Shown: positions 1 to 12,943 of the stretch, one piece after another | How the letters are laid out: each line of letters starts with the position of its first letter | Position numbering within the stretch: position 1 is the first letter of the stretch | Assembly: GCF_032062105.1 (NCBI RefSeq) | Contig: NW_026930642.1 | Location: forward strand, 310,001 to 374,000 | Direction: 5' to 3' | From: Saccostrea cucullata | Lineage: Eukaryota | Length of the DNA stretch: 64,000 nucleotides | Made by a program: the position numbers and the translations under genes | Notes under the pieces: model-generated | What the model saw: the letters and a program-made list of their open reading frames with translations, nothing else | The model's database searches: none | What the model was told of the DNA's origin: nothing

Positions 1-389
1 ACCTACAAACATTTTTTTTTTTAAATGTAATGGTGTGTGTGTGGGGTTTATGGGGAGGTCATATCTTTTTTTGAAAACATGTAATTCATATACTTTCCAA
101 GAAATAGATCTATCAAAGCTTCAAATTTTATGAAACTAAGAAGAAATTATGAAGTTTTAGATTTTATTATTTTAAGTATTATACCATAAACAAAATTGGG
201 TGTTCTTTTTTTATTTAATCCATCTTGATACAGAATAAAAATTAGTACCAAGTCTTAAGAGTGTATTTTACTGAGATTACATGTGCTTTCTTATGTGGTA
301 CATGTTTTTTAACACGTGATATATTTTTAACCCCCCCCCCCTTCCCTCCTGTCTTAATATTGAATCGGGTTCGAATTCATAGGATGATA

Positions 390-460
390 TAAACTTCCGG
401 TTTCCGTACTTGGGCAGAATGAACAAAGCCTAACCACAACTTTTTTCTTTTTGTGAGTAT
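390..460 (+). promoter_or_regulatory. Candidate promoter and non-coding first exon of DAPP1
   Basis: ETS-like ACTTCCGG near 393 followed by a strong donor GTGAGT at 453; a matching acceptor (ttttcag, ending 5695) lies just upstream of the DAPP1 ATG. Inference only. Confidence 0.35.
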
Positions 461-960
461 TATAATTCAGTATGTTCATTACTTTCAATCCATTAGATTT
501 TTCATGCTGATAAAAGTATATTATATATATACCCTGGCACGTTTTAAGCTTCTGATTGCAGAAAATTGCCCCAAGAATGGGCAAGATCATCGAATACGAT
601 CGGATCAATTTATAAAAAAAAATATCAGTGAGCATGTTACAGGCCCAAAGTAAAGAATAGAATTAGGTTCTCTACTTACGTAATAGTTGTTTTTCCAGTT
701 TATTTCTTTTTCATAATACAAATCTAACACATAGTTTGTTTTTAACCACTGTTTTTTATAACCTTACCAACTTTATTCAGTATCTTAGAAATAAAATCAA
801 TGAATGTGTGCATTATAGTTTCTAACACACAGATCGAAATTGTCCAAGAATGTTTGCAGATTAAAAATATTTATGAGTAACTTACAAAGGAAAAAGTGGG
901 ATGTTATGTTATGCCAACAACTGGAGATAACTCTTAGAAATGTGAAATTTGTATATGTAG

Positions 961-1895
961 TAGGGATGTCAAATCAGTCAATTTTTAATACTCGGTTACT
1001 CGGACGTTTTTCCGATTGAGTACCCGGGTACTCGGTAAGAGTCTAAATAAATATGAACAAATTAATTGATAACTGTAAAACATTGTAAACTCTTTTAGAA
1101 ATAAAACCACAGGGTCTGATGGGAGGTTTACCCGTAAATGTTTCTGTTGTAACAATTATGACCACTTTGTGCCAGACGAAAAGTTAAATTAATTTTTTTA
1201 AAGTTCAATTTATTTATCAGATAAATACGAGAAATGAAATCATAAATGGTTCACGGTTTTAAAAAAAATCTGCTCCGTAATTGTAATGTATCTCTTTGAT
1301 GCGTTTGACGTCGAAGTGATCAGTAGTCAGAACTACATACATGTACAGTACCATCTTGATCAAGTTCTCCTATAACTGAGCGGATTTATGATCTTCGTAC
1401 ACTTGTCGATCCTAGATTTCATAGAATTATGAGACGGTATGTTGTAGTTTTATGCAACGATGGACATCAGTTTTTTAAAGCCTTTGCTTCAACCATTTGT
1501 ATTAATTGGCATGTATCAAACGCATCCATATCAACAATCGCACGTGCAATATCGTCTGCCTCTTTCCCCTAGAATTTACGGCTTTTTATAGAATTGATAA
1601 AATTATCTAATTTATTTAAACATAATAGTTCAATGAAAACAAATAATTAAGGAAAACAAAACATAAGGGTAGAAGACAACCGAAGTTGAGAAAAGCCAGG
1701 TAGGTAGCAGGTGCTTGGTCACGGTAATTACGGTATAAACACTGCCAAAGGCGATAACGGTCATTACAATGCGTAGGAAACCCTAATTACTGTATGTACA
1801 AGCGCAATGAACATTTTACGTTTTAAAACCGACATTTTAATGCATTAATAAATAATCTTAGAAATATTTAAAATATATAACTGTAGACATCCCTA
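961..1895. mobile_element. hAT-like MITE
   Basis: Terminal inverted repeats TAGGGATGTC (961) and GACATCCCTA (ends 1895); degenerate 8-bp flanks ATATGTAG/GTATTTAG (6 of 8 identical). Confidence 0.6.
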
Positions 1896-1974
1896 GTATT
1901 TAGATTATCTTGAATTAGATTGAAAGGAATGTATATAAAACTGTAGTAAAAAAATTTCAGCATCTGCATCAGTA

Positions 1975-2634
1975 CGTCAGAAAAACACACCATGGGTCGC
2001 ACTGTAACACACAACATGCTGTATAGTGCAAAGTTGTGTTAGCATGTTATGTGACAGCGCAACATTGAGTTTTGTGAAGATGTGTTTGCACAACAGCATG
2101 TTTTGTGACAGAGCAATAGCGTTTGTGTGAAATTGTGTTCTTACAACAGCATGTTTTGTAAAATTGTGTTAGTGCGACAGAGTGTGTGCTAGCACAATTG
2201 GCATTATTACCATTTGCAAAAATGCAATAGTCATTGTTCGGAAAAACACGCTGTCGCTCTAACACACAACAAGTCATAACACTAACTTGTTTGTACTATT
2301 TTGAACCTTTGTACTATCACAACTTTAGAAAACTCTCTGTCGCTCTAACACACAACACCCCGTTGCACTACGTGGTCACACTATCACAAAACACTCCGTC
2401 GCACTATCACGAAACACGCAGTCATACTATCAAAAAACACACCGTCGCACTATCATAAAACATGCCATAGCACTATCATAAAACAAGCCGTCGCACGAAT
2501 ACAAAACACTTCGTCACACTATCACTTAACACGCTAATACAGATTTGCTCTTAACAGTGTGACAGTCATGAGTGTGTTGTGTGTTAGCGCAGCGGCATGT
2601 TTTTCAGAACACAGTTTTGAGCTTCTGCAAATGG
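1975..2634. repeat. MITE with an internal ~22-bp minisatellite, plus an adjacent partial inverted copy
   Basis: About 2210-2270 is inverted against about 2575-2634 (ccatttgca...tgcaaatgg). Tandem units of the gtcgcactatcacaaaacacgc type span 2376-2535, with reverse-complement units at 2030-2190. Confidence 0.55.
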
Positions 2635-2709
2635 CCCTATCCAGACACCATACATAATATTCTTACTAATGTATCTTGTGAATAGACAATTTTAGATGTT
2701 TTATCTATC

Positions 2710-4784
2710 CAAGTGAGCTTTTCTGATCATATTTTGTTCTGGTGTTCATCTGTCTGTTTGTCTAGCTGGCTGACTGTCTGTCTGTCTATCTGTGAACCTT
2801 TCACATTTTTCTTCTCAAGAGTCAATTTTAACCTGCCACATAGTATCCTTAGGCGAAGGGGATTCAAGTTTGTTCAAACAAAAATCCATTCCCTCTTTCA
2901 AGGTGAGATACTTAGGAATTAGTGAAATAATAATGCCATCTTTAAAAATCTTCTTCTCGGGAACCACTAGGCCAGGAAAGATGAAATATATTTTCCTCAG
3001 GTAGTGTAGATTCAATTTTGTTCAAATCATGCCCCCGGATGTAGGGTGGGGCCAGGCCTAAAATAAAATATTATTTGTTTGCAGTTGCCTACCGACCCAC
3101 TGAAAATGCACCCGACCCAAACTTTTTTTCAGCCATTTTGTAATATTTTTTTTTTCAAATTTTTCAGGATATTGAAAGTGTTTCATTGTCAATTTTTGTC
3201 TTTATCAATCAGTAGTTTATACCAAGAGTGGAGCTTATTCATGTATAGTAGGCCTATGAAAAACTTTATTTTATGTTATCTAACAAAAATCTGAAAACAA
3301 TCACTATTTCCCCCCCCCCCCTAAATAAAGGTCGTTAATTGATAAGGTAAAAAGAATGCCTACCTACCTACCCAGTCTAAAAATTATAGGCCGGCAACTG
3401 CAAATGAAGAATTTTTTAAGCTTGGCCCCACAATGAACGATTAAAATTTCACATAGGAATACATATGAAAATTCTTTGAAACTCATCTTTTCAAGAACAG
3501 CAAAGCTGTGATTGGTCATATTAATATGGAAGCATCCTTAGGTATGGTAGATTCAAGTTAGTTCAAATCAATTCATGACCCCTGGGGTTGAGATAGGGCC
3601 ACAACAGGGGATCAACATTCTACAAAGAAATATATAGGAAAATATCATTAACATTTTTTTTTCAAGAACAGCAAAGCCTTCGTAAGTCATATTTATATGG
3701 AAGCATCCTCAGGTAGTGTTGAATCAGGTTTGTTCAAGTCATGACCATTAGGGGTAGGGAGGCCCACAATGGGGGATCAAAATTTTACATAAGAATAATT
3801 ATAGGAAAAAGTTTTTTTCTCAAGAACAGAAAAGCCATGATTTGTTATATTGATATGGAGGTACCCTCAGGTAGTAAAGAATCAAATTGGTTCAAATGAT
3901 GGCCCTTGTGGCCAGGATGGGGCCACAATTGGGGATCAAATTTTAGCAAATTTATAGATAGGGATAAAAATCTTCAGCTCAAGAACAGCATACCCATTAG
4001 ATTGCTATGAAAGCATCATTGGGTAGTTATAAATTCAAGCTCAGTCTTCACAACAATTCTTTTTCAGCACAATCCCTTCGGGCATGTATACTGATCATTT
4101 GAACCCAGCCCATTGAAATTTGTGCATGCTCTACTCAAAATTCATTCATATAGCAGATATGATTGTGCAACAAAAACATAAGGATTTTATATTAACTATA
4201 AGGACAGTGTTTCTGTTTTTAATTTCTCTCGATCTTAAGTTTAAATTGTTTTCAGAGTTTTAAATCAACCATGGCCTGCCTGTCTGACATTTTCTTATAT
4301 TTTGTCTTTTTGATCACTTTTGACTCTCATGCTAGTCGTTTGTTGGCAGGTTTAGCTGAACTGAATTTCAGAAATAGGACAACTGCACCTGGCATCAATA
4401 AATATTTCACAATTTAGCAAGAAACTTCAAGAAAACAAATAGGTTAAATTAAACACTTTAATGATTACGATGGACTATCATTTGACAGGTCGTACTGAGA
4501 ATGTAACTTAAGATGAATGTAGACTGGCAATTCATCTTAAGACATTACATAGCAAGTTTACGCGAATAACTGGGGTATGACAGAAGAAATGGCAAGTAAA
4601 CATCGTGAATCAAAAGAAAATGCCAGCTGGCATATTTACCAGGTCCCCGGCATCGGGCACCCAGGTTATTTCGAAGACTGCAAGCTCCCCCCACCCCTGT
4701 TAACTTTTCAATACTGAATTGAGTTTTGCTATTTTTCCTAGCCAGTGTGCTCAGGTGAGCAATGTGGCCCATGGGCCTCTTGTT
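2710..4784 (+). mobile_element. Helentron/HINE-type non-autonomous element with ~166-bp Cg170-like tandem units
   Basis: 5' module gtgagcttttctgatca plus a (tctg)n microsatellite; repeated ttgttcaaatcatgacccc...ggggccacaat units; 3' end ctcaggtgagcaatgtggcccatgggcctcttgtt (subTIR plus hairpin). Confidence 0.8.
3055..3427. mobile_element. MITE with GGCC termini and a 3-bp TSD (CCA), nested in a satellite unit
   Basis: Structure gggg-CCA-[ggcc...ggcc]-CCA-caatg; removing it restores the unit ggggccacaatg. Imperfect TIRs share tttgcagttgcc / ggcaactgcaaa. Confidence 0.7.
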
Positions 4785-5771
4785 TTACACCTGCTATATT
4801 TAGCTGTTATTTTTTATGTAGCTATTGTAATTTGCTGTTGTTTTCTGTGTAGCTGCTGTATTTAATATCTATTGTATTGAACCACTTATCATAATCACCC
4901 TTTTCTAAACATTTATTAGGTCCATGGGATATATGATTTCCTTTCTTTGTCCGCATTGTTGAATTTTGATCTTTGTTCATGTATTATTATTACAAAATAT
5001 GCATTGATTAACTTGTATATCCTTTAAAATTTGAAACCCAACTAACTTCTTTTGAATCTCGTGAAACACCATGAATCTCTTCCTGCATCTCGTACTGAAG
5101 TTTATTGTTCATTTATTTGATTTCAAGGATTTTTTACTCTTTTTTTAAAACCAGTTTATGGTTCATATCCTTTATACTCTTCCTTAGTACACCTTTATTT
5201 ACATACAATAAAATGTACCCCATATCTGAAAATAATAATTTATGTCACAAGTTTCGATAGCAGTTTGTATAAACAAAGTCGTAGAACAGAACTGTGGTTT
5301 TAATATTAGTCAAAAGTGGATTTTGATAGCTGTTACTGACATGTACCAAATCATTACTGAACTGGTCCCTCTATTTGACCTGATGAGAACTGTTATTAAA
5401 TCACATGTCTGAAATGATTCACAGCATCCTTCGGGTTTATTTTCCGACTTCTTAATCATATGTAATAACAATTCAACATAATGATGTCACTGAAGGTTTG
5501 TTTATTTTTTGCCAATAATTAACACTGAGCAGGAAGTTCCTCATTCAATCTAAGATACTGATTTCACTTGAAGGGAAGTCGAGCACATAAATAGTACAAG
5601 GAGTGCATGTTTACAAAGTGTGCCATGTTCAGTCTTATTGAGACTGATTATTAACATTGATAAATATCATTAACCTAATTTGGATTGCTTTTCAGATAAA
5701 TGTGTTCATGAGTGCCATTGTCAGGTTGTAAAATGCAGGATCTTAATTTGAAGTGAAAGTTTTTGACAAAA

Positions 5772-8700
5772 ATGTCAAGTGAACAAGTGGAAACATTAAG
5801 GTAAGCAACGAATATTCTTATGATCAAAATGTAATTTGTTTTGAAATTTTAAAGAGAGACACTACAGTCTGGAAAATTAGATGCTTAAAGGTATGAAACA
5901 GCACTTGAGATGATTACTGATTCCCATTTCTGCCTTTTTCCTGAAGTAGTACTACTTTCAAAAGAAAAAAAAAATGAAAACAACATCAGTGATAGAGGCA
6001 CGAAATACTTCATGTCCATTTATTTATGACATTTATGTTTTGGACAGCTGGTTTCATCCTGGTTGTGACCGACACACGGCGGAGAGTTTACTATTACAAA
6101 ACGGAGTGGATGGGACTTACCTCCTGCGACCCAGTTCTAAACCGGGGGATTACGCACTCTCCGTCAGGTAAACATCAACTACTAAGTTTTAACAATGGAG
6201 CATTGGACATTTGGTCTCATTAGACTTTACGTTGGATACTTTGACTTAGATCTAGACTCGCAACTCTAAGCGTGTAAATTAAAATAGTCTTTATATGAAT
6301 GGCTATGCTTTTGAACTACATACATGTAATACTAAGTTCTATAAACCAGTGATTGTCATCTTTATTTGCTGAATAAAATCTGAAAGACAGGGTAAGTTTC
6401 ACTTCATGGCCAAGCTCTTACTGGGGCAGATATTTCCTTTTTAGTCCTGTAAATTGAGTTTAGATCAGTATAGTACTCTTTGAAATGACATGTCTATGAT
6501 CTGTTGATGAGGCAAAGGGGTCAACTTTGAATCTTTAAGTGTTTTTGACGACCCTGAGGGGGGTCACCAGGTGCTCCAGTACATTTAAGTAGACAGTATT
6601 TTAAGTCTGTATGTACTAATTGACTGTTTTGTATACTACTAGATGTGACTCATCTGTGAAGCATTACCCATTAACCTGGACGGGGACGAATTATAAATTC
6701 GGGCATGGAGAATTTGATAGTGTTCAAGATTTACTACACCACTTTCAGAATAAACCTCTAATTGGCTCCGAGTCAGGTACTTTTTATATCAAACATTATT
6801 TTAATAGCAAATTATCTTGAAGTATGTTATCTAGATAGATTATATTTTATATACAATGTATAAAATATGTATGATGATTTACAGATTTGTAAATATAAAT
6901 AAAATTCAATGATAAAAATGCACATATTAATGAAATGGATGGCCTTGAAAGTTCTCATGATGTTAGACTTGCACATATGTATTATACAATTATGGACTTC
7001 AGTGTAGGTCGATGTGTGGTTATAAGGACTCATGGCAATTGATATTGACCGAAGACACAGAAAGTGATAGCGAGCGAGCCTGTGAGGTTGCTATCATTTT
7101 CTGTGTCTGAGATCAATATCAATATTCACTCAAAGTGAATGCACTGATACAGTCCAAACTGAATAGACTCAGTTGTCATTATGTCAAAATGGTTAAAACA
7201 CGCTTCTTATATTATGGCGTCATGTTCTACGTAACTTTGGTGCAACTGAACAGTGTCGTGCGATATCATTTTCCATGGACACGCTTTCGCGTCGGCATCA
7301 CAAAAGGAGGAATATCACATGATGTTTTTTCAGCAAATAAAAATTACAAAAATAATCTTCTTATATAATATACAAGATTATAGCATTCTAATTTGGAAAA
7401 AAAATCTGAATATGGAAAAGATGAGATAAAGGGAAAGTATGTTTTATTTAGTAAGTACGGATGTATGAAACTATACAGTGTATTAGGTGTGATTATTAAT
7501 TTTCAAGAAGTTCCTAATGTATGGTGCCTTTTATTAATGAAGGTTATTAGAGATGACAAATTTCTTTAAGATGAACTTTTTTGTAGGTCAGCTAACCCTC
7601 CTTAGTTTTCCGTACCCTCGGGTAATTGATGAACCTAACATGTATGATACAATTCGAGTCCATGCTGAGTTCAGCACCGCAGACGATTTCTCCAGAGGAC
7701 CTGAATTCTCAGTGCGTACTTCTGTTTAAATAAGATGTCATCAGATGTAATGCTACTTATACTGAATTATCTTTCAAAATTATTTCACATATTGAAGTTC
7801 ATCAGTTAAACTTTGTTATCTCAAGATATCTTGAATACCATGGATACTATAAAATCACATACATTTATGTGTATTTATGGGGTCAATTTTTCAAGGTTTG
7901 AGGAAAAATGTTGCTTTGTGGGAATATTTGATTTCATGGTTGGAAAATATTTAGTAGACTAGTTATACATATGGAATTTTACATTTGGTGGTGGTCATTA
8001 ATTTGTGGGTCTCTCCATGCCTCGAAAACAACGAAAATTAAACCCCATGAAACTAAGTGATTTCACAGTATGTCAAATTTAATTGGAAGTCCAAACTACT
8101 TTTTCTTGTATTTTAACCTAGGCATTTTGAAAACCCAGATAATTTGGGATAATGAGAGTTATGGTAACTGTACATGTCTTTGTTAGATTGTGATCAGGGA
8201 TTTGACTTAAAAATTAAATTACATGCATAATCAATGTAAAAGAATGTAACGATCAGAAATGAAAATCAAGAAACATTTATGCCTAACATTAATCCTGTTC
8301 TCCATGCATTTCTTTGTAGATTAATTCAAAGGAGGGATTTTTAACAAAACTTGGATCCACATTCAAGGTTATGTTGTTGTTTTTTTTTAATTTACAAAAT
8401 CAACAGGAGTTGATTAAAAAGATAAGATACCGTATATACTTGCATATAAGTCGGTCCACACATAGGTTGGTTGTATTTTTTAAGCTTATATTAGAGGGAT
8501 TGACCCTCTAAAAAACAAATCTTTTTATAACCTTTTAAGTCGAGGTGTTTTTGACCACAACTGGACTCCCCAAAAACCAAATTATAAGCGAGTATACATT
8601 GTATTTGGTAATTAAACTTTCACACAAACAAAACAAAAGGTATTCTTTTCAATAGATCATTTTGTGATATTTAGTAGTGAACATGAACAGTAACACCTTG

Positions 8701-11380
8701 GATGTTTATATTTTGTTTGTTTGACTTTTACAGACATGGAGGGGCCACAATAGATATAGATATAAGAAGGGGTTTGTCCTCACCAGTTACTCAAAAATGT
8801 GGCCCATGGGCCTCTTGATAATTTATATACAAAAAGTTGATAAAAAAGACAAAACTCTAGTACCATATTTTTCAGGGCATTATGCAAGTCTTTTTATAAC
8901 TTGAGTGTCGGACAAGAAGTGCCACAAAAAACGGCTCTCAAGTATAAAGTGTAATTAAACTTTCATTAAAACAGAATGTATTCTTTTCAGGTGGTCATTT
9001 TGTGATATTAACTGGTAAGAGTGGACATTAATAAATACATGTTACAGTTACATGTGGAATGTACATGTTTATATTTTGATTGTTTGACTTTTACAGACCT
9101 GGAGAACAAGATGGTTTGTCCTACAGAAAAATGAGCTCCGATATTACAAAAATAAAACAGACAAAACTCCCATCAGGGCATTAAATCTAGACGAGTGTTC
9201 CGAGTGCCAAAGAGATGGCTCTCACAAGGGAAAGTTCAATGTTTTCAGGTAAGTAGTGCTTTGGCATCTGGTTCATCTACCTTGTATAAAAGATGCTAGT
9301 TTTCCATGTGTAGTAGGTAGGCTTGCATATTGTTCAAAATCTAAACTCTAACAACTTGTTAAAATTTTGTACATGACCCTGATGAGTCTATATTTTGTAA
9401 AGAATGTGTATTTACAAAGTCAAGTATTTTTTTGGTATATGTTTACTTCTTGAGAGCATTTTCAATTTATTAGTATAAACAAGTGTCCATACCTATTGCA
9501 GAGTTGTGTTTAAATGGCGGACATTTTACATGTATGCCACCACTGAGCAGGAATGTAACGACTGGATTTCTCTCATTAATTGGAGGCTGGTATGTAATAT
9601 TGCTCGTCTGTCTGTCTGTGTGATGATTGATGTGGGGTTTTAACACTTGCCTAATTATTAATGACTGTGTGTACATGTTAACTACAGAGTAAGCACATGC
9701 ATAGTAAAGCTTCGTTCAGAATTACGGCAAAATGGTAGGTGGAGTTCTTTTGCAAGTTTTAATATTTTGGCTTTATCAGAATCTTTGAAATGTACCCAAG
9801 TTTGCATAAATACATGTAATCAGGCATGAGATGAGAAGCAACATATAGCTGTGGAATTTTTGAGAATGCGCTGCAGTATATATATTTCAAGTGCCATATG
9901 CAAACACATGCAAAAGGATTATACACAGCATTACTTCTCTGCACAGATAGGAAACATTTCTGAATTTAAAAACTGTGGTTTTGGAATAAAGAAGGAGAAG
10001 CAACTCATTATTCTCTGAACATACGTAAGGCTTATTATGTATTTACATGTACAATTTACATGTCTACCAGTATGTTCAATTCTCCATGACCCTAACACAT
10101 GCACAGAATAGCAATGCTTTTCTGCTTCAGAAAGTTTTCATGCACACAAAAACTATATATTAAGCAAGTACATTACAGTGCACAACTTTGAAGAATTACA
10201 AATGAACCCAAAAAATGTTGCCTGGGTGGGTGGGTTGTGTCTATCCAAAGCTATATTTATCAGCAATATCAACTGTCATGGTAGCTTATTAGGCAGACCG
10301 CTTGGGCAGTAATAAGAAGATCATGGGTATCCCTGGCTGTGAGAAAACAAAGTCAATAAAAAATAGGTAGAAATGTTCCTTGGCCATCCACTTAGCCCTA
10401 GGCAATGAAAGTTACAGGTATTTCAGACAAGACTAAAAACAGATGACCCATTTACTGCAGGTGTTGACATGTACCAGTAAGATCACTTACTGATCAATAG
10501 CCCCAACTGCAAGTAAAAGTCTAACTTTGAAGCCCTTCACCAGCATACGTGACATCTCATATGCATCTTGCAATCTTGCAATATCTAATAACTTTTTTTG
10601 GAGATATAAACCAAGATGAGGATTAAGATCAATGCTACAGGTCAAGGTCGTATTGGATAGTGTACAAAGGTTTTGAATTTGCATCCAATTTATTAAGAAA
10701 TCAGTTATCAATAATGATTATATTTCACAAACACATACACTGTACTGTATCAACTATCCAGTATGTATATGTATTATTTTTTTTAAATTTGACTTTTAAA
10801 TACCTTTATTGGTAATTTTTCTAAAAATATTTGATCAGATTTCATTGCATGTATTAGCCTTTATTTACTTTGGTATATTATTGCATGTCTAATATATATA
10901 TATATATCCAATGAAAACCTTTGTTCCAGGTAATCACCAAAACATATATTAAGACAAGGTTTGCTTTGGATCAGAGCATTTATTTTAACCCTGATACAGA
11001 CAATTTAATTAGTTAAGGTCACATAAAATGACAAGTTACGTATACCAGTATATAAGTTATGGATGTGGGATTATTTTAAGCACATTTCACTCAAATTTAC
11101 CACAAAAAAAAATGTGTGTTTAAAATATGACATATTTATTCTTGATGATTATATTATATATTTTCAATGTTGCAAAAATTTATGTTGTTTTTGATATTTA
11201 CAAGAAATTCTGCTTTGACATTTGAGTACTAGACAGTTAAAAAAATTTCATTTGTCATTTGACTATGTACATGTAATTTGGTCCTACCTTGGTGAATGTT
11301 GAGCAGATATTGTTTGATCTAACTCAGTCTCTATTTTTCAGAAATCTGGTCATAAAAGACAATCTTCAGCAGCTGTGTGA
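5772..11380 (+). CDS. DAPP1: Dual adaptor of phosphotyrosine and 3-phosphoinositides (DAPP1/Bam32) ortholog, SH2 + PH, 8 coding exons, 244 aa
   Basis: Exons 5772-5800, 6048-6167, 6643-6776, 7587-7711, 8320-8367, 9097-9248, 9502-9589, 11342-11380; all GT-AG, phases consistent, 735 nt in total. SH2: [29 protein letters not shown]...YALSVR...VKHY. Linker [19 protein letters not shown] matches vertebrate HPYPRKVEEPSIYESVRVH. PH: [22 protein letters not shown]...[25 protein letters not shown]. The last short exon ([12 protein letters not shown]) is the least certain. Confidence 0.93.
7020..7370. mobile_element. Short non-autonomous element with a long internal hairpin
   Basis: Arms of ~34 bp at 7038-7071 and 7090-7123 (attgatattgaccgaagacacagaaagtgatagc / gctatcattttctgtgtctgagatcaatatcaat); the segment is GC-richer than the surrounding intron. 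Confidence 0.5.
8608..8950 (+). pseudogene. Decayed tandem duplicate of the DAPP1 PH exon 6 and its upstream intron
   Basis: 8608-8733 is collinear with 8951-9096, including an identical acceptor tgtttgacttttacag. 8734-8942 retains exon fragments (acatggag, ggtttgtcct, gacaaaactc, tcagggcatta, gagtgt, agtgcca, ggctctca) in the original order. Confidence 0.8.
10275..10560 (+). mobile_element. Decayed SINE relic
   Basis: Shares body motifs with the reverse-strand SINE at 59.4-59.65 kb (aggtgttgacatg...tcaatagccc...gccct). Confidence 0.45.
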
Positions 11381-12765
11381 CCCAGTCTATAAATAGTGGC
11401 CTATCAAATCAAAGAACAGCAATAAGAAATGCCCAACAGCAAAGAACACTTGTCATAGAAATAACTACATGTATGTTGTATCCTATCTAATGATGGATGT
11501 AAAATCTGCATGCAGGTTTGGACAAGGGGTAAAATTCATAGGATTTAGATAGAGTAAATTTTCAAAAAATCAGTAAGATTAGCACCTTGCCAAAACTTTG
11601 TCAAGATATTTTTGTGAAATATTCTTTAAAAGGATAAATTTTTACTTAGTATATGTATATCAAAGAAAGCTAAACAAATACATAATCGGTGTTTTATCAC
11701 TTTCCTAGAGCTGTATTTAATTTCCAAAGCAAAATGAACAGGTGGTGAAGTATATTTTAAAATTAACCTTTTTTAGCATTTATTGTAAAATACACTTGAG
11801 TATATATTTAATATATTAATTTATTTAAGAATACTGAGGGTAAATTTTGTGTTTACAACATTAGAATTGTATGTATGATATTATCTGTAGTTAGTGAATA
11901 ACATTGTATAATGCTTCAAGTTGTGCTACCCTTACTTTAGAATTGCTGCGTGTGATACACTTACGTGTATGTGCTTTTGTTAATCAAGTGAAAGTGTGCC
12001 AGGAGAAAATTTGAGCTCTCCTTGCTAGAAAAAAGGAGCATTGAACCTTGTTGTTTTTAGATCTAGGCTATATTGTGTTAATATTTGTTTGTTTGTATTA
12101 TATTGTACTTGTAAAGACAAGAAATACCAAATTTTGACAATGTGTAGTGAGTAGCATTTTGAAATTCTTTCATGTTTTTTTTTTAAACTAGGAGTTAGAA
12201 ATGTTTTGAATTATTTATTGATAATCTTTTATATTTTTTAAATCTCTAAACAGCTTTAAGGGATAGAGCTTTCAGATTACCTGTTACCGTACACACCTTA
12301 TTAGTGGTATCTGTACTATTTGCAGGTACAGTGTACATGAATGAAGATGGAACATTTCTGCCAGAATCAGTTGAAACCTAATTTTTGATAAAATTTTATT
12401 TTCTGACACAATACATTGTAAATGGAAAACTAGAAGTCTGTAATAAGTGACTATCATGATATGTATGTGTGTCTATCTTTGTTGTTATGTAAAACTCTAG
12501 CTTTGTTATTTTTTTCTTGCCATCTGTTTTAAAATCTCCAAATGTTACAGTTTTAAATGGAAATGCATAATCATGTATATACATGTATATGAATCATGTA
12601 AAAGTAGAAAAAGCTTTAAATTTTTCATTTACTGATCATACTTTGGAAACAAATATTCTAATCAAAAGTACTTTGTATGTTCTGCAAGCCAATTTTATTT
12701 GCGAGAAATATCTGCAAGTTTACAGTCTTCTCTTACTTGCAAATATCTCTGATTTCTAACCATTT

Positions 12766-12943
12766 ACAGCAAAACTTGGTTATAAGGAAGTCACAGGGAC
12801 CTATGAAATTACTTAGCTATATCCGTAATTCGTTATAACCGTATAAGAAATTCACGAAAATTATATAGCTGGGGATCCAAGATGACTTCGCTATATCCGT
12901 AAATTTGCAATATCTGTGTTCATACTAAACAAGTTTTGCTGTA
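12766..12943. mobile_element. Tc1/mariner-type MITE
   Basis: TACAGCAAAACTTG ... CAAGTTTTGCTGTA termini with TA flanks. Confidence 0.55.
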
